This document shows, in pieces, positions 11,380 to 21,968 of a DNA stretch of 64,000 nt. A model generated the notes under the pieces. The model saw only the letters and a program-made list of their open reading frames with translations. It ran no database searches and was not told where the DNA came from. How positions within the stretch are numbered: the stretch's first letter is position 1; each line of letters opens with the position of its first letter. Origin of the DNA: Klebsormidium nitens (taxonomy: Eukaryota > Plantae > Klebsormidiophyceae); the NCBI GenBank assembly GCA_000708835.1, contig DF237003.1, forward strand, positions 169,275 to 233,274. Direction: 5' to 3'. The position numbers and the translations under genes are program-made.

Positions 11380-14300
11380 CTACTTCTTTTTATCTTTTTT
11401 GCTCTTCTTTGCTTTCTTCTTCGCGTCCTCTTCTGCCTGTTTCCGTGCCCTCTCAGCTTCTTGCGCGGCTTCTTCCGCTAGCCTCGCGTCTTCTTCCTGG
11501 AAAAGAAATTCGAAGCGAGCGTACTGATATCTGAACCAGCTGAATGTTGACTGTGCTCTAAAAAATTTCGAAGCGGTCGCAGGGAATTTCCGGACCCTTC
11601 CTTGTTGAAAACGGAGTTTCGAGACCAAAGAGGTGCTGCTTTTGCACGTTTCACATTAGCTCGAGACATTCTTCAGCGTCTCTTTTACAATCCCAGTTCC
11701 ATTTACTTCAGAAAGGGCCGTTGAAATACAGAAGCGCTTTGTTTTGGAACCATGCCACAGTACTTGACGCAGCTAGCACAATATCGCGCTTAAAGAGAGC
11801 TTTTCGGATGATATCTGTGCCACTGCAATCCCGATGAAACTCACAAGCATAGAAGGGAATCCACACAAAGCTGAACTCAAAAAACAGTCGGTGTACGTTT
11901 ACCGGGACTTGAGACCCCTCAAAGTCCGGTTGCTTGCCATCCGTGTATGTCATGCCGGTCAAGACTCCGTTACGAAACTCGAACAGAGCAACGGGTCGTA
12001 ACAGAATCGTCAGGTCCCGCCCGAGCTTTGCAGTTGCTTACCGCTTTCCGGAGGGCCTCTTCCGCTTTCCGAATGCGCGCGAGCGCCGCTTCTTCCACCC
12101 GGTTCTGCGAGGGATAGGTTTGTGTTGTTCGAGGCACATTAGGAGTGCTCGAAACCAAACGCTGAACTGCTTACATGCAAGCATCCAGGTTCAAATCCAG
12201 GTACTTGTAGAGAGGTTTCTTTCGGGATACACTCACACACCGCTCGTAAGAAATTGCCGTTGAGTTTCCTTGCGGTACAGAAATCTGCTGTAATAGGCAA
12301 GCTGTCCCGAAATGAGGTCAACAGAAGATAATTCTTTGCAATTTGAACAGCGATGCTTCTTGGACTGAAAACCTTATATGCTTCTCTTCTAGAGGGAATT
12401 AGACAAACACCTTTTGAATCTTTCCGCGCCTTTACATCTCCGTTTTCAATGGCAGGGACCAACCTTCAGCCATGGTCACTGAATGACAGGCTTGAGGTTG
12501 GTGCAATGCGAACCAACGAAGAAAATTTCTAAGATTCAAGGCAAGCTCTAGGTTGAATGATTGGTCAGAATAGCGTGTGCCTACGAGAACGCTGTCTGTC
12601 ACCTCTTGCGGTCTACAAAAAGATCTCGATCACCGAAATTGGTGGCATCGCTTAAGCGTGACCGTTACGAGGAATCAAAGGAAGCTTCTCGCAGCTGAAC
12701 AAAAGTGCGGTTGAAGCATAACGAGCATCCTTCGTCCACGCTGGAATGCCTACAAAGCGCCTCACCTCTTCAGCCGCCACCTCTTGCCGCCGTTGCTCGT
12801 CCTTGGCTTCCGCTTCCCGTCGGGTCCGTTCCTTTTCCGCCCGCTTCCGGTCCTCCTCCTCCTCCTTTGCCAGCTTCCGCCGCTCCTCCTCGGCGGCCTC
12901 TTCCTGCAGCCGCTCCCGTTCGCTGTCGCCGTTCGTCTGCACCGCCTTCACCTGTGAGGGGTACGATGGCAGAAGACATGAGGGTTTAGGAGGATCAGGG
13001 CTTTTGGGGTTGAAAGCTTTTGGATTGAAGGGTTCAAAAAGTTGGGCCTTTGAGTGTGGATATCATACGTCAAGCGACTCGTCGTACAGCTATTAAGGAT
13101 CTGATTTTCAGAGCAGGCTCTAAGTCTTAATTCTGAGATTCAGGACTTCTGACGTTTCTAACCGTTCACAGATAGGGCTCCCAAGGTTGGGTGCGAGAAT
13201 GGGGGTTTCTCTTGTCTCGCGTGTCAATTGAGCGTATGATGTCCTCGTGAGAGTCAGGGCTTTTGAGGCAGGCGGCTTTCTTCCTCACAGAACTTGTGAG
13301 GCTCAGAGTTTTTGATTTTAGGGCTCCCAGTTGAAAAGCACAGTTGTGGGCTTGACCAATGAGATCGCTTTTACATGTTGGTGTAAGCGGCTGGAGAGCT
13401 ACGAGCTGGATTTATGACCGCTTGCTCAAAGGAGGTTTCGTCCGCGGTCGAAACACAGTACGTACTTGCTTTGTGTCTGGTTTCAGACCTGCTCATTCAT
13501 GCGATGACGAGTGAGATGGTCTTGACGGCAGCTGAATCCAAAACACCTTCAAACAAATACTAATGCCCCCTTACACAGAACAAGGTTTGACACCAATTCT
13601 ATACCAGTTGTATTCAGTTAGAGGAAGCAAACTCAGAGAAGATGAATTTCCCGGAGTAACAAGTTCCGTCACGGGCTTACCATTCTCCTGATGTTCGAGT
13701 TCGTGGCCATGTCCAGGGGAGAGTTCCCAAAGCTGTTCTTGGCTGTCACGCTAGCCCCCTGCTGCAGCAATTTGCTGACGACTTTTAGGTGCCCCGCACT
13801 GCACGCTAGATGCAACGGCCGGTTCTCGTACTCCCCTGCGGTATCGATGCGCGCTCCGTGGTCCAGGAGCAACGAGACGCACGCCTCGTCGCCTTTGAAG
13901 GCCTGGGAAGGAAGGGAGCGAGTTTGTTGGAATTTTTCCTTTGAACTTTCTGTGACGAAGTTTTGTTTTCTGGACAGGTCATTGCAGGTTAGGAGTAGAT
14001 CTCGTCTTGCTGCTCTGCTTTCGTTTGCCTGTGGAGGGCCACGGGCCTTTGGGTATTGCTGGAGAGACTGATGGAGTCGGAGATACAGCGATTCGTTTAC
14101 TCCCGGAGAATGGAGTTTGTGTCAACAAAACAGCACGTGACAGAGTAAATCAGGTCTGGCATTGACGCGTGTCGTTCTGACCATGGTGAAGTGATGCAAT
14201 CTAATACTCCAATAATGATTTGAATAAGTTCCAATGATGCTACCTGCAGTTCCGACATCTGTCAGATATCCGTCGAGACATCACTCAGTCAGCAATCGCT

Positions 14301-15650
14301 TCTCAGAGTCAGTCGAAGTCGATCCTCTAATCCACCTTCGCAGTATACATCACGTTGGAGAGAGCATCTGTATGAAGCAAGCTGACTACTTCTGGAACTT
14401 CTGGAGAGATATCAAACATTCTTGGGGCGCAGGGCCGGAACAGACGCTTGGTTGGCGAGCGCTGTTTTTGCAGGTTTGCCCTTCTTCTGTTGCTCCTTGG
14501 CTTCAGTAGGCCTCCAATGCAATTACAGACGCTTTGGCAAGCCAACAGCTGTGCGTCCCCACCTTTTTTGAGCTTTCTGTTTTAAAATATGGCCTTGATT
14601 CAATAAGAAAACAGATTCAGGCTCACCATCCAGTGTAGAGCCGTGTCTCCCAGCTTGTTGATTGCATTGACATCAGCGCCCGCTTGGATGAGGATCTTGA
14701 CATAGACAGAGCGACCGTACTTTGCAGCAAGGATCCTGCACGTACAGCAGCGGGCAGTTGAGAGCAGGTACGACAGAACAAGGTGAAGCTGATAAGAAAG
14801 TGTTTCTGGGGGGCTTTCAAAAGCTATTTAGACCTGACCTTGCAATTGAAGGAGCTTGGCATAAGCTCAGACATAAGCTGCTGTCCTTCAAGACCTCAGA
14901 CGTTCTATTTGTCAGGTGGTCAAGGTTTCCAGGAGGCTGTTCATTAGTCAATCCGAATCCGAACAGAAGGACTAATCAGAACTCGCTAGCGAGGCAGATC
15001 GGAGGATTGCCTCATTGACTTTCTTATTGACCTTGGAGGGATGGAAGAAGGAAGAGCTTGAGATGGTCACACCATCAGGTCCTCAGTAGCATTGTCTCAA
15101 GCTAGGACGAAAGGACCCAAGCTCATCAAGCTAGAAGCAAAGAGAGTCGGGTCAGACAAGGCTTTGCGATTCTTAGGGTAGTACAGCCAGGATCCATGTA
15201 GTGGACCTTTTTCTTCTGACCACTGCCCTGTCTGATTGTGCTGAAAAACTCAACACCGAGAGCTTCTCACAGTGGGGTGTCTCCAAAGGTCTCCGAGCTT
15301 TCCTCCAGGTCGGCCCTCCTCTCAATGCCCGCCCTAAGGTGCTCCAAGCTTCCGTTCTCCACAGCTTCCAAGATCGTCACCAACACTTCCTTTTCTGCCT
15401 CCTCTAGTTCAGCATCCTCTCCTTCCTCTGACAGTGTATCTGCATTCCATTCTGCATCCCCAGCTTTGGACTTGGACCGAGCAAGTTCTGGTTCGCTTGG
15501 AGTTTCATTTGGTGCCTTGGAGGACGAGGTTGCTTCTTTTGTTGGGACTGGGGACATAGAGTCTGCTGGCTCTGGTGGAACTGCTTCTGATTCTGGACTA
15601 GGAAGCCATGCCTGTTCTGCTCCACTTGGTCCAGGCCCCTCTTCCTCCAT
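11380..15650 (-). CDS. Ankyrin-repeat protein with acidic N-terminus and long E/R/K-rich helical C-terminus (6 exons, 358 aa)
   Basis: Exons 15650-15271, 14735-14627, 13902-13681, 12951-12766, 12104-12042 and 11496-11380 are GT-AG and in phase (1077 nt). Ankyrin motifs GDTPLILAAKYG, GDTALHW, NRPLHLACSAGH, GNSPLD. Confidence 0.88.
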
Positions 15651-16139
15651 TGTGGGAAATTGTGCAGTTGGACTAGGACGCGAATGATTGTCTATGACCA
15701 GATTGTAATGCTGTAGTCCGACAATCGATCAGTCCGCTTCGATTTGTTTGAGTGTCATGAAACCTTTGTTACTAAAGAGGCTGTACAAGAGATTTGTGCG
15801 CTTGTGACTTTCCCTGGAACATTACAGCGCAACCACTCTGTCAACCGAGTGGTCCCAGGACTAATAGTGAAGGGGTCCGGTTTGCCTGATTCCTCGCTGA
15901 ATCCACAATTGTCGTAAGGCTTGCAATGTTCCTTGAAGCCCCGTCTCCAACAACATGGTTCGCACGAGAGCCGTAGTATGAGGCGCAAGCAAACCCTGTT
16001 AAAGATCGCAGGATTGCAAGGCCTTTATTCTCCTTACTACTGCCGGCCCATTTTGCAGACTGATCAAGGTTTTCAACGAGAGAGACAAGTGGCAAAAGTG
16101 AACCCTAAAAGATTCTGATGCCCGCGCCGAGGAGGCCAT

Positions 16140-17781
16140 CATGATCATGGGGCGCGTTACCGGGTTTAAGTCAGCTTCCGTGGAACTGGTGAAAAAATTT
16201 CGGCCGCTCGATCATCACACGTACGGATGAGATGCCTTTTCAGGTGTTGGCAATGGCGCTGGTAAGGAGACCAGTCTGGGGCCTTATTCAAGTTATGTCA
16301 ATAGTAGAACGATCTATGGTTTCCACTGCCAGCTTCAAGTTCCACTGTCCAGACCTCCCATACCGGTACTAGGTAGTTCCCACGACGCTTTCAGATCACT
16401 TCAAGAGAAGCCTGAAGGCTGGAGTGGATTCATCCTTCAAAAGTTCGAGGTCGCAGCTTAGTTTTTCGATGTTCATTTGCGTATGTCAAAGTGATGCATT
16501 TCCGCTTCTGCACAAAGCTGCATTGTAATGCTGAAAATGAAGCGGATTAAAACCTGTTTGCTAGAGGGTTTCAAGCTGGAACAAGGCAAGGAACCGTGTA
16601 TTAACGTGCATTGAATGCACATGCTTCATTCACGGTTGTAAGCGGTTGTTAGTTTGGAGTAAGGATGGAGGTATCTGTAAAGCCTTCACACTCAACGCTG
16701 AGCTTACGGAGCTGTCAAGGACAGCAGTCTGGTACCAAGTGTGCATTTGGTCAGGGAAATCTCAATTTGGCACCGTGCGGATCGCACCATTCTAGGCGCA
16801 TTTGGAAGAGATGTGGGCATGCTGCAGAATCATCACAATGGATTTCCGATGCCGTAAGCATTCAGGTAAGACGTCGGGGGAGAAGCATTCCGCGGACCCA
16901 CGAGCTCGCTGGTGGTAGAACAGAGAAAAGATGGCGTCGGCGGAACATTGTTGCAGCTGTTTCTCCTCAGCAAACCCAACGCAGCGCTCCAAGGAAACTG
17001 ACTGTGGCTGTGACCACCGTCCCGGCCCAGGTAAGAGACTCTCACCACTATACAAACATTCATGCTTTATGAAGGACCTGCCGTCGGTTGGTGCATTCTG
17101 CCCAAAAAAATGTTTCATCTGAGTGACTGACTTTGCAATCGACCTTGCCCAGGACAAATCAAGGGGCCGCGTCCAACATATTGAGATCAAGACAGTCTTT
17201 GGAGATGACTTCAATAAGCCGCTTGCTAGCCCCCAGAAATCAAGGATTCTGCATTTGAAGATTGGTGTTTGTGATCAACCTAGAACTTCATCTTTACCTT
17301 CAGAAGGTCGCTGTTGGCTAATCTAGCAAGACCTGGCTTCGTGGCCCTCGACTTCATTCCTCTGCTTTTCTGCTGCCTCATCAACAAGGAGAACATTTCT
17401 ATTTGTATGCTCGGACAGGACTTCGCATTTAGTCAATGATCTTTTCAAGTGATTTCTGCAAAGTCTATGCAGTGTTTCATGCAGTTACTCGGCTTCCATG
17501 TCCTCTGGTTACCCAGATACACTTAACTTAGCACCAGCAAATGTCCTGCATCAGATGTTTGACAGGTCAGTATAGGCTCTCCCAGAAGGCAGAGACCTTC
17601 GAAGACCCTAAGCTCGGTTGATGTCTTGCAGGAAGTGTCTGTTCAAGCAAACAGCAAGAAAGGCTGGTTTTTCCTGGCGGGGTTTGTGCTCACCGGCGTC
17701 GTGGCCTTCTTCCTTGTCCAGCGATGGAAAGAGAGCCAAAACCGTTTGATTAGAAAAGGGGAGGCCCCGATAGAAGGGTGA
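16140..17781 (+). CDS. Multi-exon hypothetical protein with a C-terminal transmembrane helix (tail-anchored-like)
   Basis: Last exon 17632-17781 reads EVSVQANSKKGWFFLAGFVLTGVVAFFLVQRWKESQNRLIRKGEAPIEG*. Several upstream splice-flanked segments; start and joins uncertain. Confidence 0.45.
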
Positions 17782-17792
17782 GACCAGTCAGA

Positions 17793-17863
17793 CTTCATGT
17801 ATAGCTATCTTCTGATCCCTTTGCCTCTTCATGTATAGCTATCTTCTGATCCCTTTGCCTCTT
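17793..17863. repeat. Perfect 34-bp tandem duplication just after a stop codon
   Basis: CTTCATGTATAGCTATCTTCTGATCCCTTTGCCT at 17793-17826 and 17827-17860. Confidence 0.95.
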
Positions 17864-18220
17864 GGTGAAAGCTACCGGTATGCTACAAGTAATGAAGCAG
17901 CTTAAATGATCACGAAGCTGCGATTTTGTTGTTCACTTTCCGCATGCCCACAAACCGCCTCAGGATCTGCTGGCCTTCAAAGGGAGTCGTATCTCCTTCA
18001 TCCTAGCCTGATGTCTTAAACATGAGGGCTCCATCTGTGAATGCGCCAGACGACTCCGTATTCAAGCGGCCAAAGTCAAATGTCAAAAAGAGCATGCAAA
18101 TGCTTCGATCAACTTTGGCTCGAATTAGGACTTTCTGATTGACCTACTCGTCCATTGCCCCCAGGCCCTGGCTCTGGACGAACTCCGCCACTTCTTCCCC
18201 TCGGCAGCCCTCTCCGGCAG

Positions 18221-19836
18221 AGATTGAGCGCGCCCGCCAAAAAAGAGCTGACCAGAGGGGGGGGCGGCAGCTACGGCCGGTTTTTGTTGCGGAGGGGCAA
18301 TTGCCCCCGGAAGGCACCGATCCCGAGGCGGTGATTGAGATTCCGAAAAACCATCCGTGGGCGACTGCAGATTTGGACGAGGTTCCGATTGACGTGCTGC
18401 AACGGCGTTTAGATCAACGGTGAGGTGACCAAAGCCCTACCAATTAAATGACAGTATGTTGTGGTTGGGTGTCGAACGTATGCTTACTTGGGAGAGGGCT
18501 GTCGTTCCAAGTGCCGCTGTCTTCCGGTTTGCTTGATGTTAAGNNNNNNNNNNNNNNNNNNNNNNNNNNNNNNNNNNNNNNNNNNNNNNNNNNNNNNNNN
18601 NNNNNNNNNNNNNNNNNNNNNNNNNNNNNNNNNNNNNNNNNNNNNNNNNNNNNNNNNNNNNNNNNNNNNNNNNNNNNNNNNNNNNNNNNNNNNNNNNNNN
18701 NNNNNNNNNNNNNNNNNNNNNNNNNNNNNNNNNNNNNNNNNNNNNNNNNNNNNNNNNNNNNNNNNNNNNNNNNNNNNNNNNNNNNNNNNNNNNNNNNNNN
18801 NNNNNNNNNNNNNNNNNNNNNNNNNNNNNNNNNNNNNNNNNNNNNNNNNNNNNNNNNNNNNNNNNNNNNNNNNNNNNNNNNNNNNNNNNNNNNNNNNNNN
18901 NNNNNNNNNNNNNNNNNNNNNNNNNNNNNNNNNNNNNNNNNNNNNNNNNNNNNNNNNNNNNNNNNNNNNNNNNNNNNNNNNNNNNNNNNNNNNNNNNNNN
19001 NNNNNNNNNNNNNNNNNNNNNNNNNNNNNNNNNNNNNNNNNNNNNNNNNNNNNNNNNNNNNNNNNNNNNNNNNNNNNNNNNNNNNNNNNNNNNNNNNNNN
19101 NNNNNNNNNNNNNNNNNNNNNNNNNNNNNNNNNNNNNNNNNNNNNNNNNNNNNNNNNNNNNNNNNNNNNNNNNNNNNNNNNNNNNNNNNNNNNNNNNNNN
19201 NNNNNNTCCGGTTTGCTTGATGTTAAGAGCACCTTCGAACGTGCTTGAAGGGCTTCTTGATCCGTGTCAGACGGATGCTTCATTGACGGCGTGTTGTCAG
19301 GACGATCTCTCCGCTTCATACCACGAAGTTCTTCAAAAGGCAGCTTCGCAGGAGGTCAGACTCGCCTGCATTCCTCTGAAAGGAAGGACCTGACGGCTGC
19401 GAAAGAAGCGAGCTCGTCGAGCCTGATTCCGCCTTTAATCTGGACTGATTGAGCTTGGCGAGGGCTGCAACATATGATCGTTGATCGGAGTGCACTTTTC
19501 AGAACGATGTCTATGATTCCGTGAATGGCGTCCAAGTGTCTGAGACGTTTATCCAGACTTGTCCTTCCTACTTCCACCTTTATCCTCCCCGTTCTTGGCT
19601 TGTTCCCTAGCCGTTCGTATCAACAACAAAATCGAGGCAACGCCTCCATGGTCCGTCGATCGCAAGTGACGTCGCTTGACGTCACCCAGTGATCTGCCTG
19701 CAGGCGGGGCCCTCCAGACCAGGCGCACGAAACGTGGAAGCAGATTCGGCAAGATTCGGACAGGCTAGAGCAGAGCTTTGACGCCGAAGCCGATGCGGAC
19801 GCGAGCTGGGAACGACGAGAGCTACGACGACAACAA
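18221..19836 (+). CDS. Internal exons of a hypothetical protein spanning the assembly gap
   Basis: Exon 18221-18419 (EIERARQK...VLQRRLDQ, phase 2, GTGAGG) joins in phase to exon 19704-19836 (RGPPDQAHETWKQ...ELRRQQ, GTAAGG). Ends not found. Confidence 0.5.
18544..19206. other. Assembly gap (663 N) flanked by an identical 21-mer
   Basis: TCCGGTTTGCTTGATGTTAAG at 18523-18543 and 19207-19227. Confidence 0.97.
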
Positions 19837-21157
19837 GTAAGGCTGGGAGATTGTACTAAAGTTCCATTCAGAGTCCGATTTGTTTCTGGTAGACGTTGCA
19901 ATAGCGTTGCGCTCCGTTCTGCTGATTGCTTGCCGGTTCGTGTTGCATCCGTCTGTCTCTAAGGGTTTGTCCATCTTCGCTTTGTACCCTCGTCCTTAAA
20001 ATGCCTTGCTCGGACACTCTGCCCTGCTCGGATCTGACACTCATGCGGGCCTTCGGTTTATGAGGGAACTATTCTCATTTCAACGTGTAGGACTTTCTTG
20101 TGCTTCAGATAGCGCGGACAGAGCTTCTCCTTTAGCACAAAGGCTGCAAAGAAAATCAGTCCAAGGATCTCAAACAGTATTTACGGAAATGCTGTAAAGT
20201 TCGCGCTTTGGAGAGCTACCGTTCTGTTTCTCCTAAGAACGATGTTAGGCTAAAGGGTGCCGTCTTTTTCCTGTGTTGATGCGCCATATCAGCGTTCTTG
20301 CTTCGCGTCCACGATCCCAGGTTTTCCACGTATTTTCTTGGAGTTTAAGACTGTGCTCTGATTATTTGCAGGCAGGTTAGCGGCTCACCTCCTGTTGAGA
20401 AAAGCAATAGGCGGGACTGGGGCTTGGAGCTACGGCTTCCTGCGCTTTTGAGCTTCATAAAGTTTTGACACGAGATGTGCACATGTGGGCGAGAACTTCG
20501 CATTGGGTTGACTAGCCTTTCCATTGAAGGCCCAGTCTCTCTGAGGACGAGACATCGGTGAGGACGAGAGTGTTTTCCAATGGAGGGAAATCAATCATTA
20601 AGCGGAGTGTCTATATTTGCAAGCAACTTTGCGACTATCTCGAAGTTCTTCCCTTTTGGTTGCACTCAAGCCGAGTGTAGCCGCTTTGTACAGAACCATG
20701 TTGTATGGTGTGAAAACATACTCACTGATGCTTGCATGCTCGTGGGTCCAGTGACTATGGGTGCCAGAAGAATTGTGGGAACGTGTCATGCTGGCGGTGT
20801 GTAGCCGCCATGTATATCAAGCCATGCACGCGTGTAGACCGTATATCATATGCGGCCCGGTACCTTCAGTACTGACTGAGTGTGCTGCACTTATTATGTG
20901 CATGCATGAAAGATAAGGGCGGTACTTACAGTCTATTTCTTGTATATGACATGACTGCATCGATGTCCGATCCGATCGATTCTTGACTGAACTTGCTCGG
21001 TGCGCGTTCGGATGGGCAGGCCCTATGCATGACGGTAACGGCACCCGGCACTGTCGAGATTAGGGCAACGCGTTATAGCAGTATGTGAGTGACCGTGGTT
21101 AAGCATGTCAAACCGCCATGCCTACTACACATAACAAAACAGAGCGCCGTGAGCCGA

Positions 21158-21619
21158 GGGCTTTTTTAAGTGAAGCTCTCGGAACCTTGAAGTGACGCGT
21201 GGTGATCGGAGGTCCGTAGATTTTCAATCGGACGGCAGTCGCTTTGTACCGTCGCGCGCAACTCGGAATGTCAAATTTGACTCGGCATCGGCCGGAGTCT
21301 TGGCTAGTAGCCTAGTGGCGAGTCAGTGTCAGTGGAAGTCGCATCGATTTCCGAGTCAAATTTAAAATTCGCGACCCGGCAGCTCAGATTCGACACTGCA
21401 GTCAACAGTGAGCCTAGGCTAGTAGCCTAGTACTGAGTGAGTGTCAGCTCGGACTGCTCGGTTCTTGACTTCAGTTTAAAATTCCGCGACTCGGCAGCCC
21501 GAACACAACACTTGCGACCATCCGCGATGCCGAACTGCCGTGTACCCACGGTCCACGTGCGTACCACATGGCTGCCACGCGGCAATCACCGGAACCGAGA
21601 GCTTCATTTAAAAAAGCCC
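21158..21619. mobile_element. MITE-like element (462 bp) with terminal inverted repeats
   Basis: GGGCTTTTTTAAGTGAAGCTCTCGG (21158-21182) matches the reverse complement of 21595-21619 at 24/25; weaker similarity extends to ~45 bp. Internal ~115-bp degenerate direct repeat (GGCTAGTAGCCTAGT at 21302 and 21417). No TSD found. Confidence 0.7.
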
Positions 21620-21968
21620 AGTTTGGCAAATTAGTTACCTTATGACATGGTCAGACTGATGCCCAGTCACACGACTGCCAGCCATGAATGATGACGAACC
21701 GTGGAAGTGGGTCACTAAGCTGTGTGCTTAGTGACCCTTGCAAGACAATTGTCTGCATCCTCTTGACCACCGCCAATTGCAACTTATGTAAGCAAGTTGC
21801 CCATTCCCTGCAATCTGAATGCCAATATGTGCCAGTGGACGAGTGTCAATGTCACAACACTTTCAGAACAAGGCTTCTTCGCAGCCTGCATCACCCACCG
21901 AATGAAACCTGGAATCATACCAGACCTGATCGTCTATATCCATTTCCGAGTTGCGATACCCTCAACTT

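Noticed and set aside
18444-19393. Three long ORFs of 266-310 aa
   Set aside because: They consist almost entirely of translated Ns.
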